Shown here: positions 19,232 through 27,317 of the stretch, piece by piece | Layout of the letters: each line of letters opens with the position of its first letter | Numbering within the stretch: the stretch's first letter is position 1 | NCBI GenBank assembly: GCA_965217775.1 | Contig: CBDCJH010000002.1 | Location: 4,640,001 to 4,704,000, forward strand | Origin: Acidobacteriota bacterium | Lineage (GTDB): Bacteria > Acidobacteriota > UBA6911 > RPQK01 > JAJDTT01 | Reading direction: 5' to 3' | Length of the DNA stretch: 64,000 nt | Made by a program: the position numbers and the translations under genes | Notes under the pieces: model-generated | Told to the model about the DNA's origin: nothing | Database searches by the model: none | What the model saw: only the letters and a program-made list of their open reading frames with translations

Positions 19232-20701
19232 CTAATCGTACTCTCCGAAGTCACGCTCTCCGAAAGAGTTCCGTCTGAAAACCACCAAACGCTTCGACCC
19301 GCCCTTCTTCAAACTGCCCAAGAGGAGCCAGAGCACCAAATACAGATAACGGGGAAAGAAGAGGAGCGCCTTGAGTATCTTTCTCAGAATCAGTCGCGGA
19401 AGATAATCCGTGGCTAAAGACGGCATTCTCCAAAGATTGAGCAGACCACGTGGGGTCCGTCTCAGATACCAACAGTCCCGATTCTCATTGAACACCAGGC
19501 GAGCCCGAGCCGGCAGCAGAAGAAACATCAGCTTGTGGAGCCGGAATACGGGGCGGCCCGAAAAGATCGCCGCCAAGACATCCACTCTCGTCCTGGCCAG
19601 TTTCAATATCGTCCGCAGGTTGGCCAGGGTCTGCCCGGATTCATAGGTGACTACTTCCGAGACTTCCGGCCAGGACTCATAGAGCGTCTTTTTCGTCTTC
19701 GGACCGAACACTCGAATCCGGCCGGGACCGATTATCTTCCGATCCTGGAGTCGTCCAAAAACCTCCGTAGCGTATGAGTCCGCCTCGGTGGGTAGGAACA
19801 GAATCGTCGACTCCCACCTGGAACGAATTAAAGGAGTCCGCCACAGATTGAACAGTCCCCGCGGAGTCCGTCTCAGATACCAACAGTCCCCATGCTCATT
19901 GAAGACCAAGCGAGATCGAGCCGGGAGCAGAAGAAACATCAGCTTCTGGAGCCGGAAAACGGGTCGACCGGAAAAGATCGCCGCTATGACATCCACTCTC
20001 GTCCTGGCCAGCCGTAAAATGGCCCGCAGATTGTCCAGGATCCGTTCGGAGTCATAGGCGAATACTTCCGAGACTTCCGGCTGAGACTCATAGAGTGTCT
20101 TTTTGGTTTTCGAGCAGAACACTCGGACTTGGCCGGGACCTACGATCTTCCGGTCCCGGAGTTTTCCAAAGACGTCTAGAGCACCAGCGTCCGCCTCGGT
20201 GGGCAGATACAGGATCGTCGACTCCTTGGCGGGAAGGTTTCCAACGTAGCGGCTTCTTCGAAGAATTGCCCGGATGTTCGCAAATTTCAAAAGGTAGGGC
20301 TGCATCCGTCCATCGAAGATCAAACGGCGCCTGACGGGAAGCAGAAAGAAGAGAAGCTTCTGTTTTCTGAAGACGGGGCGACGGCTGAAGACCGCACAAA
20401 TAAGATCCGGGTCGAATTTGGAAATTCTCCGCCAGAGGCCCGCGACCCGATAGTCCCCTCGCCGGGGTAAGAGTATCAACTCGACATCCGGCAGATCCTC
20501 GAAGGATCCAATATCCTCTTGCCGGCACACCATGGCCAGCTTACACGCCGGATGCAAGCCGGGTTTCCGCAGCTTTTCCACAGCGGCACGCACAAGTACC
20601 GGATGCTCGGTTTGAAGCATCAGGCACCGGGCGACGGCCCGGGGGGGTTGGACGCGGCGCTGCTTTCGCCCCTGCAGCCTATCCATTGGACGGTCAGCCA
20701 T
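19232..20701 (-). CDS. Hypothetical protein of three tandem ~137-aa domains
   Basis: Motif D(L/V)(I/L)xA(V/I)FSxRPVFRxxKL occurs three times; 411-bp period between repeats 2 and 3. Confidence 0.8.
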   Translation of the reverse strand: MADRPMDRLQGRKQRRVQPPRAVARCLMLQTEHPVLVRAAVEKLRKPGLHPACKLAMVCRQEDIGSFEDLPDVELILLPRRGDYRVAGLWRRISKFDPDLICAVFSRRPVFRKQKLLFFLLPVRRRLIFDGRMQPYLLKFANIRAILRRSRYVGNLPAKESTILYLPTEADAGALDVFGKLRDRKIVGPGQVRVFCSKTKKTLYESQPEVSEVFAYDSERILDNLRAILRLARTRVDVIAAIFSGRPVFRLQKLMFLLLPARSRLVFNEHGDCWYLRRTPRGLFNLWRTPLIRSRWESTILFLPTEADSYATEVFGRLQDRKIIGPGRIRVFGPKTKKTLYESWPEVSEVVTYESGQTLANLRTILKLARTRVDVLAAIFSGRPVFRLHKLMFLLLPARARLVFNENRDCWYLRRTPRGLLNLWRMPSLATDYLPRLILRKILKALLFFPRYLYLVLWLLLGSLKKGGSKRLVVFRRNSFGERDFGEYD

Positions 20702-20719
20702 GGTTCATACTGGGGAATC

Positions 20720-20978
20720 TCCTTTTTTGGCCTTCACCGATGACCGCCACATCTCCAGTCGGGTCGAGGTTGCTGAGCACCAACTGCACCGACCATCGCC
20801 TCCGTCCAAGTAGTCGGGGAAGACCAAGGTCGTCTCCCCTTCTGAATTCTCCGTCTGGTGTGAGAGGGAGTCGCTGGCGGACCGCCGGGCGTTCTCGGAC
20901 GGCTGAGCAGGCTCTTGCGTCTATGACGAGACCAGCAACAGCAACAATGCCGACGAAGATCCCCAGAATATCTTCATG
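20720..20978 (-). pseudogene. Remnant of an exported protein (TTLVFPDYLDGG..WSVQLVLSN domain)
   Basis: Signal-like MKIFWGSSSALLLLLVSS, then a TAG and a frameshift; motif resembles VVFPQVADG in the 51017 gene. Confidence 0.4.
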
Positions 20979-21199
20979 GCAAGAACTCTTTCGCTACGTT
21001 TGCAGTCGATCCCGTACGGTTCCTAACCACGACCCCGACGGAACCAGTCGATGCTCACATCGCTCGCTTCCCGGCCGCGGTCAGCCTTTGCCCTCAACGA
21101 TCTCCTTTCACAAGTTGGAGTGACGGCAAGTGAGATGCGAAGCATCGTGAAAATAGGAACTAGAGCAGTTTACACAAGTAAAGTGAGATTTCAACCTGG

Positions 21200-21308
21200 G
21201 AGGCTGTCCGAGAACTCGAAAAATCACGATCCAGAAAAAACTATCTCCTTATAAATCAATAACTTAAATCTGTCGATTTGGATGAAAATCGCATTCTCGG
21301 ACAGCCTC
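21200..21308. mobile_element. MITE family D (109 bp)
   Basis: Perfect 15-bp TIR GAGGCTGTCCGAGAA / TTCTCGGACAGCCTC; TSD CTGG. Confidence 0.8.
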
Positions 21309-21485
21309 CTGGAATGGTGATATTTGGGTGATTTCTTGCACCAATCCGGGATCCTTGCGACACAGAGGGCTCGGCTTCAGCTCCGGCTCGGGCAGGGACG
21401 AGATGAGCGCCCGGCTGGCCGCCGTAGGGGCCGTCCCTAACCCCAAGTCACCCGCAGAAGCTGGTTCGGGCGTTTTAGGGGCGTG

Positions 21486-22166
21486 GGCGATTTCCAATCG
21501 CTCACGCTCACTCCGGAGGTCGGCGGCTGGAAACCGCCGCTCCTTTTCGGCAGGAGAGGCGATTTCCAGTCGCCCACTCCCCGCATTCCCACACACCGCT
21601 TTCGCTCGCGCTCTCTCCGGAGGTCGGCGGCTGGAAACCGCCGCTCCTTTTCGGCAGGAGGGGCGATTTCCAGTCGCCCACTCCCCGCATTCCCACACAC
21701 CGCTATCGCTCACGCTCACTCCGGAAGTCGGCGGCTGGAAACCGCCGCTCCTTTTCGGCAGGAGGGGCGATTTCCAGTCGCCCACTCCCCGCATTCCCAC
21801 ACACCCGCTATCGCTCGCGCTCACTCCGGAGGTCGGCGGCTGGAAACCGCCGCTCCTTTTCGGCAGGAGGGGCGATTTCCAGTCGCCCACTCCCCGCATT
21901 CCCACACATCGCTATCGCTGGCGCTCTCTCCGGAAGTCGGCGGCTGGAAACCGCCGCTCCTTTTCGGCAGGAGGGGCGATTTCCAGTCGCCCACTCCCCG
22001 CATTCCCACACACTGCTATCGCTCGCGCTCATTCCGGAGGTCGGCGGCTGGAAACCGCCGCTCCTTTTCGGCAGGAGGGGCGATTTCCAGTCGCCCACTC
22101 CCCGCATTCCCACACATCGCTATCGCTGGCGCTCATTCCGGAGGTCGGCGGCTGGAAACCGCCGCT
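21486..22166. repeat. Tandem REP/BIME-like array, ~104-bp unit, about 6.5 copies
   Basis: Units start near 21557, 21661, 21765, 21870, 21974 and 22078. Each has the hairpins GGGCGATTTCCAGTCGCCC and GGCGGCTGGAAACCGCC; no unique spacers. Confidence 0.92.
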
Positions 22167-22179
22167 TGTCTGTTTAAAT

Positions 22180-22340
22180 AGGCCCGTCCGGGTCGCTCAT
22201 GAGCGACCCGGACGGCGGTGGCTGGACCGTACCGCCGCGGACCATTACGAACCGTTTGGGAGTGAGGTCGGCCACCGTCTTTCCCGATGTCCTGAATGGA
22301 TACAAGGGCATCAAGGCCCGAATGACAAGCACAGGAGACA
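22180..22340 (+). ncRNA. Predicted bridge RNA of IS110 #2
   Basis: 5' hairpin CCGTCCGGGTCGCTC-AT-GAGCGACCCGGACGG; LTG ACCGCCGC 22231-22238, RTG GGAG 22259-22262, LDG ATGGATAC 22296-22303, RDG GACAAG 22324-22329. Confidence 0.85.
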
Positions 22341-22346
22341 GGAAAG

Positions 22347-23294
22347 ATGAATCAGCATACCGTAGGCATCGACATCTCGAAAGCGCACCTGGACGCGCAC
22401 CGGCTGGCCGACGGCCATTCCGCCCAGTTCGACAATGACCCGGCCGGCTTCCGGGCGCTGATCGATTGGATCGGAACTCCGGTCGAGTGCGTCGTCTACG
22501 AGGCCACCGGCCCCTACCACCGGGACCTCGAGGAAGCGCTGTCCAAAGCGAAGCTGCCGCTGGCGAAGGTGAACCCCTGGCAGGCGCGGCGCTTCGCCGA
22601 GGCGACCGGGAGCCGTGCCAAGACCGACGCCGTAGACGCTCGGAAACTGGCCCAGTTGGCCGCCAGCCTGGATCCGCGCCGGACCCCGGCACCGTCGAAA
22701 ACGCAACGCCGGCTCCAGGAAATGCAGATGGTCCGGGACGGGCTGATGCGCCAGCGCACGGCCACGCTCAACCGCCGCCAACAGCTCCGCGAACCCGTGT
22801 TGAAACAGCAGCACCAGACCCAGATCAACATGTTCGAGCGCCACGTGCGCACCATCGACCGCAAAATGCAGACGCTGATCGCGGCCGACGAGGCGCGGGC
22901 CCGCAAGCTGGAGATCCTCACCTCCATCCCGGGGATCGCGGCCACCACCGCCGCCGGTCTGCTGGCCGAGATGCCCGAGCTGGGCGCCCTCAGCGGCAAG
23001 GCCGCCGCCAGTCTGGCCGGGTTGGCCGCCGTTCCGCGCGAGTCGGGGGCTTGGCAGGGCCGGGCGTTCATCCGGGGCGGACGGGCGCGGGCGCGACGGC
23101 TCCTGTACATGCCGGCGGTGTCCGCCCTGCGCTGGAACCCCGACTTGGCCGAGGTGTACCGGAGGCTGAGAGAGCGCGGCAAGCCCGGCAAGGTGGCCCT
23201 CGTCGCCGTCATGCGCAAGCTCATCGTCCTGGCCAACACCCTCGTCCGGCAGGACCGCACCTGGTTGCCCGTCGCACCCCGCGTGGTCTCCTGA
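22347..23294 (+). CDS. IS110 family recombinase
   Basis: GIDIS, YEATG, KTDAVD, IPGI and RESG motifs. Confidence 0.95.
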   Translation: MNQHTVGIDISKAHLDAHRLADGHSAQFDNDPAGFRALIDWIGTPVECVVYEATGPYHRDLEEALSKAKLPLAKVNPWQARRFAEATGSRAKTDAVDARKLAQLAASLDPRRTPAPSKTQRRLQEMQMVRDGLMRQRTATLNRRQQLREPVLKQQHQTQINMFERHVRTIDRKMQTLIAADEARARKLEILTSIPGIAATTAAGLLAEMPELGALSGKAAASLAGLAAVPRESGAWQGRAFIRGGRARARRLLYMPAVSALRWNPDLAEVYRRLRERGKPGKVALVAVMRKLIVLANTLVRQDRTWLPVAPRVVS

Positions 23295-23713
23295 GCCCAC
23301 GGAGCGACCCGAGGAGGAGAGGGGACGTGTCGGGTCCCCCAAGGAACGTCTGTAGAACTTCCGGTCAGGCCTGGCCGGAAGCTTGCTTACGGCCATGAAA
23401 GCTCTTCACGCCCTGGGGAGCGTCGGGTCACCCGAAGGGGCGCAGCGAAGCGGAGGAGCCGGAGGCTTGACCCGGCGCTCCCCAGGGCGTATCCGGACCT
23501 CCCGGAGGACTGACGTCGACGATCTCAGGCCCCTCGATCCAGTTGATCGGTCCACTCATCGCCCCCTCCACGGCACCCGGCGGATCCAGTCCGATCTCCG
23601 CCTCACCTCCGGCGGAAGAACCCTCCTCCTAACCCTGTGCCCTTTGGACCGGACAGATCACGTACTAACGACACGGGATGGAAAGGGTGCACGACAAAAA
23701 AGTGACGACCGGG

Positions 23714-25040
23714 TCAAGCTGCGGCTTTGGAATTGGCTCGCCATTCCCAGAAGTCCTCAAAACGTCCACTGAGTCGAACGCACCGAAGGGCCATGATCGA
23801 ATTAGCTCCCCGCACACTCCAATGCATCCCGGAACGTTTGAGTCGTGCCCCGATGGCGTTTTTGCATCCGGCTTCCACCACCCCGGTTGAGGTGCAGAGT
23901 CCCTGGGCCTCGAACTGCGCGTAACGCACGATGTCGATGCTCTTGGAAATAGGTGCAGGCCGCTTTTCCCTCCTCGTGGTGAGAGGCCTCGGTGGCGAGG
24001 ACCGACAGGAGGGTCTCGATCCGACCGGCATCGAGTTCCGCGCAACGTTGTTGGGCCCACTCCTGCCCGGACTGGCGGTCGGCATACAGACTCTTCGAGA
24101 GCGTATGGAGTCGCTCTTTGGCGTGAAAACGATCGACAATCTGCACCGCCTCCGGGAAGAGCTCGCCGGAGAGATTCCAGATCCACCTCGCTCCGTCTCC
24201 CAGGACGACTTGCCGTGGCGCTTGCCCAAAACGGCGTCGTTGGCTTTCGCGCTCGACTCGCTCTCGCGAACTCCGAAAGCTGGGGGTCCGTATCCAGGGT
24301 GGCGGCGCTCTCGATGGCCGCGGTGTAGGTGACCGAGTGCGGGTCGCGCTGGGGCCGACCCTGGGCGTCCCGTCGCTCGGCACTCCAGACCGTACAGAGC
24401 TTGGCTTCGCGGGTTCGGGCCGACCCATCAGGCTGTTTGCCCGCCCGCCCCTGCACCTCGGTCGATCGCATCGGCACCCCAGTGCCGTCCAGGCCCAGAT
24501 AGAGCGTCGAGGGCAAAGGGAGCCCCGAGTCGGGCTCCCGGGTCTGGCGTTCATAGCCCGCGACTTGCTCTCCCAGAGCCTGGGCCGACCGCTGCACCTG
24601 TTTGGTGCCCACGTCCACTCCGGCCAACTCCTCCAACAACTGACTGCTTTCCTGAAAGCTGACCATGGAGGCGACCGCCCCCACCATCCGCATCAGGGCG
24701 GGAGACAAGGAACTCCCCTCCAGTCCCAGCGCTCGATCTCGGGGACAGAAGCCATGGCTGCAATCCCCGCAGTGATAGTAGGCGCGCGCCAATCGCATCG
24801 GTCCCAGCACGGTGACGAACTCTTTGGTCCGCCGACCCGCGTAGCGCGCGCTCCCTCCACAGGAGCAGTTGTGGCGGGGAGTGGCGTCGGAATGATCCTG
24901 GTTCAGATGCGTTTCCACCGTCCGGGCCGCCAGCTCGAGGACTTGACGCCGGAGGGCTGTCTCCAGCGCTTCAAAGTCCAGGGCGGCGGCGGCCGCGGGT
25001 CCCATCAGGGTCCGGACTTCTCGCTGGATTTCTTGGGCCA
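23714..25040 (-). pseudogene. ISKra4 transposase with apparent frameshifts near 24265 and 23935
   Basis: LDGTGVP, LGDGARWIW..IVDRFHA and GVVEAGCK..RLKRSGMHW lie in three different ORFs. Confidence 0.8.
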
Positions 25041-25430
25041 GCGTTTTTTGGAGCCCTTTTTTTGGCCCTTCCGGGCCGGAGAGGCGTCCAGCTTAGCCTG
25101 GCAAATCTGCTCGCTGACCTCCACCAACTCCTTCACCAAGCTCCGCAATCGGCGATACTCGCCGATCTGCTCTCGAGTCCGTTGGACGGCCGGCCCCGGG
25201 GGAATGATCTTGGTCACGGTCTTGCCCGCCACGCGACGGGTCAAGGAGAAACTGGGCCCGTGGCCCCGGTCGCCGGGCTGGGCGCAGTGACAGTTGGGCT
25301 TGCCGCAACGGCGGTAACGGGCCACCAGGGACCCGGGCCGGAGATCACCGAGTTCGAGCAAGGCCTGCAGCAACTGCTGGCGACGTCGTTGAAGCTGGGG
25401 CTGAGGGGAAACGCCTGGAGACATGGGCAC
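25005..25430 (-). CDS. ISKra4 upstream ORF (DUF6788-like)
   Basis: RPGSL..RRCGKPNCHC..HGP motif; A7G3 slippery run near 25055. Confidence 0.8.
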   Translation of the reverse strand: MPMSPGVSPQPQLQRRRQQLLQALLELGDLRPGSLVARYRRCGKPNCHCAQPGDRGHGPSFSLTRRVAGKTVTKIIPPGPAVQRTREQIGEYRRLRSLVKELVEVSEQICQAKLDASPARKGQKKGSKKRWPKKSSEKSGP

Positions 25431-25596
25431 ACTCCTCTCTGACAGTTATAGCAACTGACAGACAATCTAAGCCCAATCTCTGACGTTGTCTGGCCTCCAC
25501 CACCAGCATCACTTTCGTGTCGTGCACCCGGATGGAAACACCGATTAGCACCCACCACTTGCAACATGGATACTCCTCTCCTTTCGTTGATTTTGC

Positions 25597-26268
25597 TTGG
25601 TGAACGTTTGGAACTTTGTGTCATGCGACTCAAAGAATCGGCGGCTGGGAAACCGCACCCGCTTCTATCTCGACCCTTATAGGGCCGTTGATGTTCACCA
25701 CAACCGCCTACCCCACTGGCAGCAAGGTGACAAATTCGTCTTCGTGACTTGGCGGCTGGGAGATTCGCTTCCCCAAGCCAAACTGGATCAGTGGCGGGAG
25801 GAGCAGAAGCTCTGGTTGAAACACCATCCTCGACCTTGGAATTCTCAGACAGCGCGACGCTACCGCAATCGTTTCTCCGGACGGATCAACGACTGGTTGG
25901 ATCAAGGCAACGGGTCGTGCGTCCTCAGGGATCCGGCGTTGGCAAAGATCGTGGCTGACTCCTTGCGGCATTTCGATGGCCGGCGTTACGAACTGGAATC
26001 CTTCATCGTGATGCCCAACCACGTCCATGTGCTGTTTCGCCCTCTTGGCTCTAATCGACTCGGGGATATCTTGAGGTCTTGGAAGCTATTTACGGCTCGC
26101 CAGATCAACCAGAAGACCGGAAGGTCGGCCAAGCTCTGGCAGAAAGATTATTGGGACCGGTTGATCAGGCACGAGACACACTTTTTGCAGTGTTTGGAAT
26201 ACATCCGCGAGAACCCGGCGAAAGCCGGGTTGAGAGAAGGGGAGTTTGTATTGTTCGAGAAGGTTTAG
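25597..26268 (+). CDS. REP-associated tyrosine transposase (RAYT, Y1 HUH)
   Basis: RLPHW, FVTWRL, VMPNHVHVL (HUH), WQKDYWDRLIR, YIRENP; flanked by REPs; start uncertain. Confidence 0.9.
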   Translation: MVNVWNFVSCDSKNRRLGNRTRFYLDPYRAVDVHHNRLPHWQQGDKFVFVTWRLGDSLPQAKLDQWREEQKLWLKHHPRPWNSQTARRYRNRFSGRINDWLDQGNGSCVLRDPALAKIVADSLRHFDGRRYELESFIVMPNHVHVLFRPLGSNRLGDILRSWKLFTARQINQKTGRSAKLWQKDYWDRLIRHETHFLQCLEYIRENPAKAGLREGEFVLFEKV

Positions 26269-26345
26269 GAGGGGCGATTTCCAGTCGCCCACTCCCCCCA
26301 TTCCCACACACCGCTATCGCTCGCGCTCACTCCGGAGGTCGAGCG
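26269..26345. repeat. Partial REP array unit downstream of RAYT
   Basis: Same sequence as the 104-bp unit. Confidence 0.85.
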
Positions 26346-27307
26346 TCCCTCCCAGTGTAGTTCGTGAAATGGTCCTTCATCTGGGAGCGGGTGAGATGAC
26401 CCGTGTGGATCAGAATGCGGTAGAGAAGGAGGGCCGACTGGCCGGGGTTCAGGGAGAAGTTCAGGGGCGGGGCGCCTTTTTCGAAGTCCGCCCGGCCGAA
26501 AGGGTTGGCGGCGAAGAGGCCGTAGGCGCGGGCGTGCCAGTAGGTGGGATAACGGACGCTGCGAGGATGGTTCATGATGGCCAGGGTCAGATCCTCGCCC
26601 TCGACCGATCCGCGTAAGGCCATCCACGGAGATGGTTTGCCCCAGACGTGCTCCGCCCGCTCGAGACCTTCGGCGTTGAGGTAGCGGCCGGTGCGGTCCT
26701 CGCGCAGATCGGAGGCGACGCGGATGGCCAGCAAACCCTCCTCGATGTCGCCGAAGGTGACCGGCTCCTCTTGGGCGGTGAGCGTGATCTTCAGGTCGAG
26801 GGTTCGCCATTCGGGTCCGGTTTGGATGGTCACCCGGGAGGTTTGCTTAAGCAGGACCTTGCCGGTGGGGGCGACCCAGTTGGCGGTGGCGCCCAGGATG
26901 CCTTGCTGCCCTCCTTCCATTCGTGTGAAGCCAGTGTGCCGGATCCTTCCGCTTCCCGGGTTGTCCCCCCGGGGAGGGAACTTGGACCAGAAGTCCACGC
27001 CGTTGACGTTGCGGTAGGTGAGGAAGACGCCTTCGTGTTGCCAATGGTCGGTCTGCTCCCCGGGGATGCCGAACTCCATGGGGAATCCGCGGGTGATCCG
27101 GTGCCCCCCAGGACTGAGCAGGGGATGGAAGATGGGTTTGTGCAGGCCGATACCGTAGTGGTAAGAGGCGAAGAGCGCCTCGCCGGCATAGATGTCCACC
27201 CGCGCCGCGTCGGTCTTGATGATGCGGATCCGGTGAGGAGATTCGGCTGAGGCGGCGGACGGAACGAGCCAGGCGAGCAGCAACGCGGCAGACGTTAAGC
27301 GCCTCAT
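26327..27307 (-). CDS. DUF6807/PmoA-family exported protein
   Basis: KPIFHPL, TRGFP, DHWQHEG, WHARAYGLFAANPF. Confidence 0.85.
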   Translation of the reverse strand: MRRLTSAALLLAWLVPSAASAESPHRIRIIKTDAARVDIYAGEALFASYHYGIGLHKPIFHPLLSPGGHRITRGFPMEFGIPGEQTDHWQHEGVFLTYRNVNGVDFWSKFPPRGDNPGSGRIRHTGFTRMEGGQQGILGATANWVAPTGKVLLKQTSRVTIQTGPEWRTLDLKITLTAQEEPVTFGDIEEGLLAIRVASDLREDRTGRYLNAEGLERAEHVWGKPSPWMALRGSVEGEDLTLAIMNHPRSVRYPTYWHARAYGLFAANPFGRADFEKGAPPLNFSLNPGQSALLLYRILIHTGHLTRSQMKDHFTNYTGRDARPPE

Positions 27308-27317
27308 TTCTAGATTT

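Larger units (their letters stand above)
23685..25529 (-). mobile_element. ISKra4-family insertion sequence
   Basis: TIR GGGTGCACGACAAAAAAGTGA / TCACTTTCGTGTCGTGCACCC; 9-bp TSD GGATGGAAA at 23676-23684 and 25530-25538. Confidence 0.88.
22167..25574 (+). mobile_element. IS110-family element #2 inserted in a REP, with ISKra4 nested in its right end
   Basis: Junctions ACCGCCG-CT-TGTC (core 22165-22166) and ATGGATA-CT-CCTC (core 25573-25574); removal restores the REP GGAAACCGCCGCTCCT. Confidence 0.88.

Noticed and set aside
21486-22166. CRISPR array
   Set aside because: Entire 104-bp units repeat with only point differences; there are no unique spacers and no cas genes, and the same hairpins are dispersed as REPs
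21264-22350. Repeat-spanning ORFs (213, 340, 232 aa)
   Set aside because: Translations of the stop-poor REP array; the unit length is not a multiple of three
26327-27307. Methane monooxygenase (because of the PmoA family label)
   Set aside because: Soluble exported DUF6807-type protein with no multi-TM pMMO features and no pmoBC
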